Positions 37,460-47,748 of a stretch of 64,000 bases of DNA are shown here, one piece after another. The position numbers and the translations under genes are program-made. How positions within the stretch are numbered: position 1 is the first letter of the stretch; each line of letters opens with the position of its first letter. The notes beneath the pieces are model-generated. The model saw only the letters and a program-made list of their open reading frames with translations, was not told the origin of the DNA and did not search any database. This stretch comes from a virus, in IMG/VR virus record IMGVR_UViG_3300005573_001166, positions 32,001-96,000 of that record; one strand, written 5' to 3'.

Positions 37460-38128
37460 GTGTTTATCTTGCCGGAAGATATGTCTATAAAGCAGTTCCA
37501 GTCTTTCTGGACTAGAACACCTAGCAAAATAAAGAAGGTATTGCTGGACAATATAACAGAGATCTCCTATACAGATGATCAGGATTCTAGACTTCAGGGT
37601 AAAAGGGCAATTTTGGAAGGAACTAACCTTTTTTTAGTAAAGGGTTGCGACTTAGAAGAGATATGGCATGAAGCGGCCCATTTACTTTTAGATGCACTAC
37701 CTCAAAAGCAGGAGATATTGGACTCTTACAAAAAGGATGAGGAAGCTTTAGCCGATGAGCTTTACTTTTTGCTATACAAGGGCATCCCTTCTGATTTCTG
37801 GATTAAATACTTAACCGCTTCAATAAAGACTGCAAGTGTATCATCTATAGATATAATAGATGCTGCTTTAGATACATTAGCAACCTTAGTTTTATCCAGT
37901 GACGACGAGTCATATATCTGGGCATTAGAGATTGCTAAAGAGGCCGTAAAGGACTTACGGAAGGAGGATATGCTTTCTTATGAAAGTAGGGAAGCACCTA
38001 GACAATATTATTATCGTGAAGATTTAGCTTTATCTCCTCTTAAAACACATCAAAACAATCCTTTAGAAGTTAGTAGGGTAGATGTTACTCCTCGAGGCAA
38101 TAGTGCAGACGGTCTAGGTTTAGTATAA
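37460..38128 (+). CDS. zincin-like (HExxH) protein
   Basis: IWHEAAHLL...EEALAD followed by IKTAS. Confidence 0.6.
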   Translation: MFILPEDMSIKQFQSFWTRTPSKIKKVLLDNITEISYTDDQDSRLQGKRAILEGTNLFLVKGCDLEEIWHEAAHLLLDALPQKQEILDSYKKDEEALADELYFLLYKGIPSDFWIKYLTASIKTASVSSIDIIDAALDTLATLVLSSDDESYIWALEIAKEAVKDLRKEDMLSYESREAPRQYYYREDLALSPLKTHQNNPLEVSRVDVTPRGNSADGLGLV

Positions 38129-38140
38129 GGAGTATAGAAA

Positions 38141-41100
38141 GTGGGCAGAATTATAAGATACGGTACTAGTGTTTCTATTGTAGAAACGTACGAGAAAATA
38201 TCGGATGTCAAGTTAGGCCCTAAAACTTTGGAGCGAGTTGCTGCAGTAACTCCTGTAGCCCAGTACTCCGATAAGTACTTGTATGTTGTAGCTAGGGCGG
38301 TATCTGGCTATGAAAAGTGGGGTCCTAACGATAACGGGGATTCCTTTGAGTGGGAGGAGCTTTTAAAAGCATACCCTACATTTATACGAGGGGGAGTGTA
38401 TAGAGATCATAACAATCAGGATAGAAAGCAAGCGATAGGTATTATCTTGGATGCATGGCCTGATATGGAAGGTCAATACATAGATGTTTTGATGGCAATT
38501 AATAAGAAAAAGGCCCCCAGGGAAGTTGCATGGATAAAAGAAGGTACATTAGACTCTGTAAGTATGGGATGCGTGGTAGATGAGGCTATTTGTTCTATTT
38601 GCGGCAATGTTGCAAGAGATGAGTCAGAGTATTGCGAGCATGTAAGAAATGGTATGAAGGGAAGGATTATCGGGGGCAAATTATGCCACGAGTTCAATAG
38701 AGGAGTTAGATTTTTTGAGGTTAGTTTAATTAGTCCTTACTCAGAAGCTGCTGATCCTGAAGCTAAAATCAAGCAAACCTTGGCTTCGAAAGATACAGAT
38801 GAGTTCGAGGAATGGATTGTAGAAACCAGTTTTTCTGATGTAAAAGAATCTGATTTGCTGGATAGTTTTTCTTATCAGATTGGGGATCAGGTATATACCC
38901 AAGATGGGTCTAAAGGTGTTATAGTGGGGACTGAGGGTATGTATCCGAAAGTGGCGATAGGTAAGTCACGAGTTCAACTGTTTGATCCCAAAACTTTAAC
39001 TATTGTTAAGGGGGTTAATGAAATGGCTTCTGATGTTATCAAACAAGCTCAGGGTACTGAGAAAGAAGAATTTGGTAGGGATCATCCTAATAAGGCTAAC
39101 CCTACTACAGGTAGATGGGGAGGGGACTATGGGTCTCCTGCAGAGAAATACGAACAGGACTTTAATCGCACAGAGGTTGAATCTGAAAGTGTAGATTTAA
39201 GAGGTTCTCAGGTTTCTAGTCAAATAGAAAGGCCTGATTATCTGCATAAAGGTAAAACGTCTGGAGAAGTAGAAGGTCCTATGCCTAAGAAGGCGTCGGT
39301 AGATGAATTAGAGAAACAATTGGAAGAGCATTTAAAGAGTACTGCAGAAAAAGTACTTGAATTAGAGCAGGTTAAGAAGGGAGAGGCTGTTAAAAAGAGC
39401 TTTATGTCTAGACTTAGACAGGCATTAGGTATAGAAAGAGAAGCAGCTGAAGATTATGGACGCGATGCTCCTGCTAGAGGCAATCCTAGTACCATGAGGG
39501 ATGCGGGGGATTATCAAGAATCTGAAAAATACTATGCAGCTCAAAAGGAAGAAGGAGATACTAAAGCTGTCGAAACTAAAAAAGATATAGATGCTCAAAG
39601 GCCTTATACCTATTCTAATACTCTAGAAAACATCTATACCAAGCTTCCTAAGGTAGCTATGTCGGTTAAAGAGATAACCGATAAACTGAAAGAGATATTT
39701 GGAGATGAACAAAAAGCTGCTACTTTTGCAAAAACTTTATCAGAGTTAAACGATAAAGAAGTAGAAGATGTTTTAAAAATGATTGCAGAATTGGAAGCAG
39801 AAGAAAAAGAGGAGACTGAAGGCAAACCGGCTCCTTTGGGTATGCCAAGCGGTTCTAAAGTTGCAGCTATCTACCACATCAGGTTGGCTTTGGCACATAA
39901 AAAATTAGCTGCATTAGGTGACTGGGGTAATGAGGATCCTGTTGCGCATGCTAAGAGGATGATTTTGCAGCAGATAACTAGAGATCCTACTACAAATATA
40001 CAGTCTATGTTTATGCTTGCTTCCAGCATAAGGAACCTAAATGAAGAGCAAAAAGCAAAATTGTCTAAAGAATTGGGCCTTGCAAAGGAGGCTGCGTTGG
40101 ATTACAAAAATATGACTAAGGAAGAATTAATCGGTGCCCTCAAATACGCTAAAGCAATGGGTGATCTTAAAGCAGAGAATAGTATACTTAATGCTTTATT
40201 GTCCAAGAAGGAAGACGCTCCTGTAAGGAAAACAGCTGCATCTTGGGATGAGATAATTCCTTATATAGTAGAGCAGATGAAAAAAGGTAGAAGCTATCAA
40301 GATATAAAGGCCGAAATAGATGAGAAGTTTGATATTACACCCGGTTCAAAGAAAGGCCCCGAACCTAAGAAAGCTCCTTCTAAGGAACCTGCTATGGGGC
40401 CAGGCGGCAGTTTTATGCCTGAACCAGGAAATGCATCTGAGCTAACTAAAAGTCCAAGTGAGGGAGGATACCTAAGCTCAGGTTCGCCTTCTCAAACAGG
40501 TCTGTGGGGAGGAGAAACTCCCGGTGCTATGAATGAAAGAGAAATTGGAAGAAGCTCTTCTGTGAAAACGGCAGGTAGATCCCTTAAAGAGTGGGTAGCT
40601 GAGTTGGAGAAAAAAGGCGCCCCTGCTAAAGTTATAAGACAGTTTCAACATATATGGAATTCTGCTATAGAAGATGGTAAAAGTGAGGAATACGCTGCTA
40701 GAGCTGCTATAGATAAGCTTCCTAAAGAATACCTAGAAGAACCTACAGAAGCACATGGTCCAGGTAAGAGCGGTTCTAAGAAAACAGCTGCAGAGCTTTT
40801 AAATGACTACGACATTACTAAAGGAACTGGTGCTAGATGGAATGCTACTACTAAAGAGTTAGCAGATGAGTCTAATCAGGAGCAAAAAAAGGACTTTATT
40901 GCAGAGCTTAAAGAGGCTAGAAAGAAAGAGCTTCTTGCAAGACAGCTGGAAGTAACAGCCGGTAGATCCCTCAAAGAGTGGGTAGCTGAGTTGAAGAAAA
41001 AGGGCGCTCCTGCTAAAGTTATAAGGCAGTTTCAACATATATGGAATTCTGCTATAGAGGATGGTAAAAGTGAGGCATATGCTGCTAGAGCTGCTATAGA

Positions 41101-42715
41101 CAAGCTTCCTAAAGAATATCTAGAAAAGCCTACAAAAGTACATGGTCCAGGTAAGAGCGGTCCTAAGAAGACAGCTGCAGCAGATGAGCACTTTTATGAT
41201 ATCTCTACTAGCTCTGAACCAAAAGCTCCTAGCTCTGAGTTGGCTGCTGAAGAGAATAAAAAGCAGGATGCGGACTTTAAGAATGAGCTAAAACAGGCTA
41301 CCGGTGTTAGGATAGGCCAACCTATCAAAGTAGTAGTAGGTACAGGTGAAGAGCATCTCGGGAATGTAGCCGAAGTATATACGGATGAAAATGTTATAGT
41401 AGTTGATTATGACGATATACGTAATAGAGACGCTATAAACTTAACAGCAGGTAAATCTAAAGTTTACGGAGAGGCACATGTATTTACTAGACCTGAAATA
41501 GTTACCGTAAAGAAGGGTAATTGGATAGCCTATGGCGATGGAAAGTCTTGGAACTTGTATAACTTCAAGAGATCGGCTTCTAAGTTAGCAGAAGTTAAGT
41601 TAGCAGATGTGGATATTGAAGAGGTAGCAAATACTTTCAATTTAAAGGATAAGTCTCAAGTACCCGCTTTCTTTGCAGGCAAAGAGTATGGAGAAGCAGT
41701 ATTAGACAAGACAATAGAAGCGGAGGCTCAAGGAGCGTTTAATACTGAAGCAGGAACTGGTTTGAGTGTAGATTCTACAGAATCGGATATAAATGTAGGA
41801 GATGAGGTAGTTATTGCTCCAGATTGGCTGCCCACAGGCGAGGAAACAGAAGAGTTAGTAAATGATGTAGTCAATCTAAAGAACGAAAACGTTCCAGGGA
41901 TAGTAGAGCAGATTACTGCAGAGGGTTCATATGTAGTTGACTTTGGTGGAGAGGTGCCTATTGTACTTACTGCAGCTGAGATCAGAAAGGCAAAAGATGA
42001 TAGTTTAACATATGGAACTGATGTAAGGTGGTCGGAAGAAACTAAGGAACTTGCAGATGAAGCAAATAGTGAACAAGAGAAAGAATACCAAAAGGAACAA
42101 GTGTTATCTTCCTTCGGACCTGATTCCAGGCACCATACTGTTATGGCAGCAGTTAATGTTTCGGAAGCAATTCAGTTTATGAAAAAACTAGTAGAAGATG
42201 CTGGACTGAAAATTAAGGATGCTTTGACAGCTGCTGCAGAAGCGTTTGAGATGACAGAAGAAGAGGTAAATAAGTTGGTAAACAGTGATGAGTATATAAA
42301 GGAGTTTGAGACGCCCAAGCCGGAAGAATCCGAAAAACAAGAGCCTGAAAAACAAGAATCAGAGAAACTAGAACAGTTGAAAGCTAAAATGGCAGGGCTG
42401 AAAAAGAGACTTTGCATCCGAATTGCGGAAGATATGGCAGATAAAGGACTAATAGAAGGACTGGACATAAATGCCGATCCTACTACTAGGGAACAAGCTA
42501 TTGAGCGTCAAGTATCTCTTCTAATGAGACTAGATCAAGATGGTTTGTATGAGTTTGAGAAAGCAGTCAAATCTGCTTCAGATCCTAGTGGAGTAGAAGC
42601 GATGAAACAGATAAAGGTAGGTCCTGAGGAAGGAACTTTAAAGCAAGCACTTGCAATGAGAGGCGTACCAGGAATACGTAAAGACGGACTAGACGATCCT
42701 AACTTCTTTATGTAA
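38141..42715 (+). CDS. prohead protease fused to a long multi-module scaffold/cargo region (1524 aa)
   Basis: NDNGDSF, YRDHNN (His), AIGIILDA, VSMGC (Ser), CSICGN..CEH, FFEVSLI..ADPEA; C-terminal scaffold-like helices. Confidence 0.8.
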   Translation: MGRIIRYGTSVSIVETYEKISDVKLGPKTLERVAAVTPVAQYSDKYLYVVARAVSGYEKWGPNDNGDSFEWEELLKAYPTFIRGGVYRDHNNQDRKQAIGIILDAWPDMEGQYIDVLMAINKKKAPREVAWIKEGTLDSVSMGCVVDEAICSICGNVARDESEYCEHVRNGMKGRIIGGKLCHEFNRGVRFFEVSLISPYSEAADPEAKIKQTLASKDTDEFEEWIVETSFSDVKESDLLDSFSYQIGDQVYTQDGSKGVIVGTEGMYPKVAIGKSRVQLFDPKTLTIVKGVNEMASDVIKQAQGTEKEEFGRDHPNKANPTTGRWGGDYGSPAEKYEQDFNRTEVESESVDLRGSQVSSQIERPDYLHKGKTSGEVEGPMPKKASVDELEKQLEEHLKSTAEKVLELEQVKKGEAVKKSFMSRLRQALGIEREAAEDYGRDAPARGNPSTMRDAGDYQESEKYYAAQKEEGDTKAVETKKDIDAQRPYTYSNTLENIYTKLPKVAMSVKEITDKLKEIFGDEQKAATFAKTLSELNDKEVEDVLKMIAELEAEEKEETEGKPAPLGMPSGSKVAAIYHIRLALAHKKLAALGDWGNEDPVAHAKRMILQQITRDPTTNIQSMFMLASSIRNLNEEQKAKLSKELGLAKEAALDYKNMTKEELIGALKYAKAMGDLKAENSILNALLSKKEDAPVRKTAASWDEIIPYIVEQMKKGRSYQDIKAEIDEKFDITPGSKKGPEPKKAPSKEPAMGPGGSFMPEPGNASELTKSPSEGGYLSSGSPSQTGLWGGETPGAMNEREIGRSSSVKTAGRSLKEWVAELEKKGAPAKVIRQFQHIWNSAIEDGKSEEYAARAAIDKLPKEYLEEPTEAHGPGKSGSKKTAAELLNDYDITKGTGARWNATTKELADESNQEQKKDFIAELKEARKKELLARQLEVTAGRSLKEWVAELKKKGAPAKVIRQFQHIWNSAIEDGKSEAYAARAAIDKLPKEYLEKPTKVHGPGKSGPKKTAAADEHFYDISTSSEPKAPSSELAAEENKKQDADFKNELKQATGVRIGQPIKVVVGTGEEHLGNVAEVYTDENVIVVDYDDIRNRDAINLTAGKSKVYGEAHVFTRPEIVTVKKGNWIAYGDGKSWNLYNFKRSASKLAEVKLADVDIEEVANTFNLKDKSQVPAFFAGKEYGEAVLDKTIEAEAQGAFNTEAGTGLSVDSTESDINVGDEVVIAPDWLPTGEETEELVNDVVNLKNENVPGIVEQITAEGSYVVDFGGEVPIVLTAAEIRKAKDDSLTYGTDVRWSEETKELADEANSEQEKEYQKEQVLSSFGPDSRHHTVMAAVNVSEAIQFMKKLVEDAGLKIKDALTAAAEAFEMTEEEVNKLVNSDEYIKEFETPKPEESEKQEPEKQESEKLEQLKAKMAGLKKRLCIRIAEDMADKGLIEGLDINADPTTREQAIERQVSLLMRLDQDGLYEFEKAVKSASDPSGVEAMKQIKVGPEEGTLKQALAMRGVPGIRKDGLDDPNFFM
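40574..41180 (+). repeat. 220-bp duplicated module (40574-40793 and 40961-41180), ChaB-like
   Basis: GRSLKEWVAEL.KKGAPAKVIRQFQHIWNSAIEDGKSE.YAARAAIDKLPKEYLE.PT..HGPGKSG.KKTAA x2. Confidence 0.9.
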
Positions 42716-42733
42716 TATGGAGGTTCCTATAAA

Positions 42734-45700
42734 ATGGAGTTGTCTGAGTTAGCTAGACAATTATCTCAGGATATTATATACAATACCCACATAGAACGAA
42801 CAGGTATCGGGAAGTATGTAGTGTCCGGCGTACCTACTAACTACTTAGAGTACGTACTATCTGAGTTTCCTGAGATCTCTGAAAAGGCTGCTGTAGCAAT
42901 AGCTGCAGCCGTTGAAAGAGATGTAGAAGCTTACATTGATGGTTTTCTGAGAGTAGGCGCCAAACCTATACGGTTTGGGCAATCTGTACAAGATATATAC
43001 AATCTTGCTTTACAGTTAAAAAATACAGCCGCTTCTCCGGATGACCTTTTTGATAAAGTAAGCGATCAAATGGGTACGACTTTAGACCAAACGTACCTAC
43101 CTTTGATAACAGCTGTCTTCAATTGGCAGCCCGGACAGGATGATACGGATATATCTAACGCACTGCAAGCTATTGGAATACCTCCCGGTACTTTTGCTCC
43201 GGCTTCTACAGCTACTGCCCCTGAGCTAGGTACTCCGACTCCTGAATTGGGTACAATACCTGCTATGCCCGGATATACATATGGGCCTGAAGGAGGAGGA
43301 CCTGGAGTACCTAGCGTAACTGCTTTATTGAAAAAGGCACAAGATGATTTTGACGATGAAGATTTTGAAGATTCAGATGAGACTGAGGTACCTACAGAAA
43401 TTCCGGGATACTGGGAAGAGTACCACGAACCTTCACCTGAAATATTTGAAGAAGTTAGAAAGCAGTTTCCTGAAGAGAAAAAGGTAGAGGAAGGGGAAGG
43501 GGAGGACGAGTTACTTGAACTACAAGAACAGTCTCTAGAAGATATAGAGACTACAACACGTCCTCTTTTAGGTTTAGACGATGTAGATATAGTTCTTAGA
43601 GGTATAGAACGTACACTTGCAGGTTCATATAGACACTTAATGTTTGAAGCTGTTGATTACATTAACAAGTTAATGAATGTTACACCTTCAGAAGAATATA
43701 CTAGTAGGTATGTTCAAGCAAGTTCTGTCTTATATACAGCATTACTTTATGGAGATGAAGCACCTGATATCCTCTTAGAATATTTCCCAGCAGCTTTTAC
43801 AAAAGCATCCGATATAATAGATTATGTGCAAAAGCTTGCCCCTTATAAGGAAGGGCTAAAGAAGGGGTTGCTAGATTATATATATAACGAGTTTACCGGT
43901 GAGAATCGACTTTACTACACTCCAGAAGATATTGAGGAAAGACTAAATGAATATAAAAATCGATTAGAGTTGTCTATATATGAGGCCCCTGAAAGTATAG
44001 ACGAGAAGGTAGCAAATTTACGAGAGCGTTTAGAGAGGACAAACGAACGTACTTTAGACTTTGTAGATAAGAAGGTAAATCAGTTTTTAGAGAACCGTAT
44101 AGTTTTACCTTCTAGTAGGGAAGAAGAGTTACTTTCAGCTGCCCCATTACATATACCCGATGTCTCTTTCTCAGAAGACTTGCCTTTATGGCTTACATCC
44201 ATAAAACGACTATTGGGTTATATGCCTCTTAATAGTATAAACGATTTAATACACTTACTAGGAGAGGATGCGTTTGAAAACTTAGAAAAAGAGTTAGAAG
44301 CTCTGCCTAGTAATGTGAAAACAGTAGAACAAACTCCTTTGGGAGAGAAAGAAAAAATCGAGGATTTATACAGAGAAGTAGAGGAAAGAAAACAAGAGTG
44401 GTTAAAAGCTACCGGGACTGCAAAGCAAATAGCAGAAGCTGCTTATGATGCGGCTCGTGAAAAACTACGTACATACCTTATAGGCATATACGAAGACTTT
44501 TACCATAATGTAGTTTTAACCGTAGCAGGTCTTCCAGGTATGCCCGACGTACATCGACATTTTAGGAATTGGGTAAACTATTTTAGGGGGGCAGAGTCTT
44601 TCACTAGTTGGGGACCGGCATTTGATTTACTTTGGCAGTGGGCTTCTTACGGCAAAAAAAGCAACAACAATATAGACATACTTCCTGAAGAGCTGCAAGA
44701 GATAGATTTACAGATACGGAAGCATTTAGCTGAGCACCCTTCAAAACCTTTTGATGTAAGTCTTATTTCTAAATACATCGAAGTGCATATACCTGAGGGA
44801 GAAGAGTACAGAAAGATCAAGATGTATAACCCCCTCTACGTTAAATACGTAATGACTCCTTATAAGGAGGAAGATATAAATGCTCCTTTAGAAGGAACTA
44901 CAAGGTATTATGACGTATGGGGACAGTATATAGAGGGAGTTGTACCTAATGTCTCTCTAAATGTAAAAGAGACCCCTAGTATTATAGAAGTTACCCCCGA
45001 GATGTTAAAAGGGGAACCTACTGAAAGGGCTACTACAGAAGTAGAGCATGTGCCTGCAATAGCCGAATTTCAGGAGGTCAAAGAAGATATTAGGCGGAAG
45101 TTATCAGAAATCAAGAGAGCACTTACATACGAGTATTCCGACCCGACAGCTAGTCCTTACGGCGAGATATCTCCTTTAGAATTTTATAGGAATTCATTAG
45201 AAACTGTAATAGATTTACAGGATGACCTTAATTCAGCTTGGAAGGAATTGGCTGTAGATAACATAGAACAACTTCCGGGATTTGAGTATTTAGCTAAATC
45301 TTTACAAGAGGCTTACGACAAAACATCTACTGAATTACAATCTTTAATTACTGCACTTCAAGGAACTGATGTAGGTGAAGGGGAAGACAGAAGACATATT
45401 CCAGGATTAATTGATAAAGCGCAAGAAGCGCAGCAACCTAGAGAGGAGCAGCCTGGAATCGAAATATCTATAGAGGATCTAGTATCTGTAATAGAAGAAG
45501 GGAGAAAAGTTTATCAGGAGCTTGTACAAAGGGCGGATGATTTAACAGATGATTCTGATGCCAGAGAATTACTCTCTATGATAGAAAGTGAGCTTTCTTC
45601 TTTTACAGGTAAGGCCAATGCCTTAGCCCCCCAATTGTTTGGTATGTTCTCTGATAGAGCTCAGGAGATAAAAGATGCTGTTTCTCAGGCTCGTGTTTTA

Positions 45701-46642
45701 CGAGAGAGTTATCAATTTTTAGAGGATAAGGTAAGAAGTTATATTTCAGAAGGTTCAGATGAGTTAGTTGCAAAACGGTTTGAAGGCGTTTTTTCTGATC
45801 TCTACAACCTAGTAGAGAAGTACAAAGACTATGCAAACGATGTAAACGCCAATCTAGACTCCTTATTGGAAGAGAGGCCCGTGGAGTTATTATCTGAAAT
45901 AGAGTCTCGAATGAAAGAGTTAGGTGCTGCAATGCAGGCAGCAAAAGAGCAAAATGTCGACCCTGTAAAAGTAGAAGACAACAACAGGCTATTAGCAGAC
46001 GCTATTAATACATACTATAGATTAAGGGGTTTAAGAGAGGAAGTTATAAATGCAACAACACCTACATCCCTTTTAGACAGATTTGAAAGTGTAGCAGCTG
46101 GTTTAGAGAGATATGTAGATAGGACACAGGAAGAGATCACTGCAGATCTTAACAGGCAGCAGGTAAGGAATCTGATAAAAGGCATACAAGCTACTACAAA
46201 CTCCTATGCATCTAGCGTAAACTCTTTAATAGAGCAGTTGAAAGATGTTTCTGGTACTGAGAAGGACAAAGTTCTAAGTATATACCACAGAGCTAAGGAA
46301 GCCTACAATCGGTTGAATGGTATACGCAAAGAGCTATCCGAGCGTTTAGTAGGAAGTCCTCTGAGTAATTTAGAGCAAGAGGTGGACAAATTAGATAGCT
46401 TTTTAAACGATATCAAGGAGAAGGCGAGAGAGGCTGAAACCAGAGAGGATAAAGTTTCTTTAATAAAAGAGATAAACGATCGCATGCCTGAATTCGTGAT
46501 TGCCTTAAACAATCTAAAGAATCAATTACTTCCTATACTTAAAGGGGAAGACTTAATATACTGTAAAGATCTTTATGGTGATGCTAGGACGCTTGTTGTA
46601 GCAATCTCTTCAATAGGTAGAGATTTAAAGGGGCAGCTTTAA
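42734..46642 (+). CDS. 1302-aa acidic, helical protein, probably an internal head protein
   Basis: position between protease and capsid genes; long coiled-coil C-terminus. Confidence 0.7.
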   Translation: MELSELARQLSQDIIYNTHIERTGIGKYVVSGVPTNYLEYVLSEFPEISEKAAVAIAAAVERDVEAYIDGFLRVGAKPIRFGQSVQDIYNLALQLKNTAASPDDLFDKVSDQMGTTLDQTYLPLITAVFNWQPGQDDTDISNALQAIGIPPGTFAPASTATAPELGTPTPELGTIPAMPGYTYGPEGGGPGVPSVTALLKKAQDDFDDEDFEDSDETEVPTEIPGYWEEYHEPSPEIFEEVRKQFPEEKKVEEGEGEDELLELQEQSLEDIETTTRPLLGLDDVDIVLRGIERTLAGSYRHLMFEAVDYINKLMNVTPSEEYTSRYVQASSVLYTALLYGDEAPDILLEYFPAAFTKASDIIDYVQKLAPYKEGLKKGLLDYIYNEFTGENRLYYTPEDIEERLNEYKNRLELSIYEAPESIDEKVANLRERLERTNERTLDFVDKKVNQFLENRIVLPSSREEELLSAAPLHIPDVSFSEDLPLWLTSIKRLLGYMPLNSINDLIHLLGEDAFENLEKELEALPSNVKTVEQTPLGEKEKIEDLYREVEERKQEWLKATGTAKQIAEAAYDAAREKLRTYLIGIYEDFYHNVVLTVAGLPGMPDVHRHFRNWVNYFRGAESFTSWGPAFDLLWQWASYGKKSNNNIDILPEELQEIDLQIRKHLAEHPSKPFDVSLISKYIEVHIPEGEEYRKIKMYNPLYVKYVMTPYKEEDINAPLEGTTRYYDVWGQYIEGVVPNVSLNVKETPSIIEVTPEMLKGEPTERATTEVEHVPAIAEFQEVKEDIRRKLSEIKRALTYEYSDPTASPYGEISPLEFYRNSLETVIDLQDDLNSAWKELAVDNIEQLPGFEYLAKSLQEAYDKTSTELQSLITALQGTDVGEGEDRRHIPGLIDKAQEAQQPREEQPGIEISIEDLVSVIEEGRKVYQELVQRADDLTDDSDARELLSMIESELSSFTGKANALAPQLFGMFSDRAQEIKDAVSQARVLRESYQFLEDKVRSYISEGSDELVAKRFEGVFSDLYNLVEKYKDYANDVNANLDSLLEERPVELLSEIESRMKELGAAMQAAKEQNVDPVKVEDNNRLLADAINTYYRLRGLREEVINATTPTSLLDRFESVAAGLERYVDRTQEEITADLNRQQVRNLIKGIQATTNSYASSVNSLIEQLKDVSGTEKDKVLSIYHRAKEAYNRLNGIRKELSERLVGSPLSNLEQEVDKLDSFLNDIKEKAREAETREDKVSLIKEINDRMPEFVIALNNLKNQLLPILKGEDLIYCKDLYGDARTLVVAISSIGRDLKGQL

Positions 46643-46920
46643 TGGACACTAGGGAATGGGTACAGCAATACAAGAAAAATCTAAAATGTGAAGAGTGTGG
46701 AGAATCCGATCCCATATGCCTTGTATTTCATCATCCTATTAGAGATCTTAAAGTTGCTTCTATACACAAATTAGTAGAACGAAAAGCTAGTATAGAAGAA
46801 ATAAAAAAAGAGATAGAAAAATGTATAGTTTTGTGCTTCAATTGTCATTTGAAGCATCATAGAGACCTCAGAGAACAATCTAAACTTAATCAATTCTTTG
46901 AGGAATATGTTTTTGAGTAG
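46642..46920 (+). CDS. HNH endonuclease
   Basis: CEECG...LVFHH...KCIVLCFNCHLKHH. Confidence 0.85.
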   Translation: MDTREWVQQYKKNLKCEECGESDPICLVFHHPIRDLKVASIHKLVERKASIEEIKKEIEKCIVLCFNCHLKHHRDLREQSKLNQFFEEYVFE

Positions 46921-47067
46921 CTTTTTAGTTTTGGCTGTTTTTCATAGAAAAGCTGCTTTTCAATTGAGGTAAAAAACAGCTGCTCTACCGGTCTTAGGGC
47001 GCAAGCTGACTATGTACAAGGGGGGATCGGTTGGAGCTAAAGATAACCTTGTAGGAGGATTTATATA

Positions 47068-47580
47068 ATGGGTGTTCAAGTTAGGTTTTTAGGTGGTTAT
47101 CAGGATGGTACATTAGATGTCAATCCTTTGACTGCTGCTTATGTAGCAGGTCAACCATTAAAAGTCAATACTAGCGGTCAATTGGAGTTGTGTACATGTT
47201 ACAGGCAAGGATACGACGATGGATATGTAGGTCTTGCTAAAGGATATTCAGGTTCTACAACGGATAAGAACTCTGATATTTATAACGGCAAGGCGACATA
47301 TTTTGCAGGATTCAATCAGCTTAAACTGGATAATCAAGGCACAGCAAGAAATGCAAACGATGATTATCCTTTCGACACATCATTAACTTACAATGAGGGC
47401 GATGATATATACATCGACGAGAACGGTAAACTAACCAACAACGGCCCAGGTGCACATCCGGGTTACGCAACAGTGTGTAGCAATGCAACTCCAATAGCAT
47501 ACGTGGTAGAGGTAGGTACTGGGGTGGCAGCTGACGGGACGAGTACTTACAGCTATCTAGTAATAAACCAAGTAAGATAA
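47068..47580 (+). CDS. putative head decoration/cement protein
   Basis: Gly/Asn/Thr-rich beta-type protein directly upstream of the capsid gene; AGGAGG SD. Confidence 0.6.
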   Translation: MGVQVRFLGGYQDGTLDVNPLTAAYVAGQPLKVNTSGQLELCTCYRQGYDDGYVGLAKGYSGSTTDKNSDIYNGKATYFAGFNQLKLDNQGTARNANDDYPFDTSLTYNEGDDIYIDENGKLTNNGPGAHPGYATVCSNATPIAYVVEVGTGVAADGTSTYSYLVINQVR

Positions 47581-47748
47581 TTTTTCACCTTTCTCCTTCT
47601 AACATCACCCCTATTTACTAACCAAAAACTCCCCTGTTAGAAGGAGATTTTAACAACACTGCCGAGGCTTTTTTTAGCAATCATACTTATATTTTATAAA
47701 GTTCTAGCTTTCGGCAGTTAACTAGAACTAAGACAGGAGGTTAATAAA

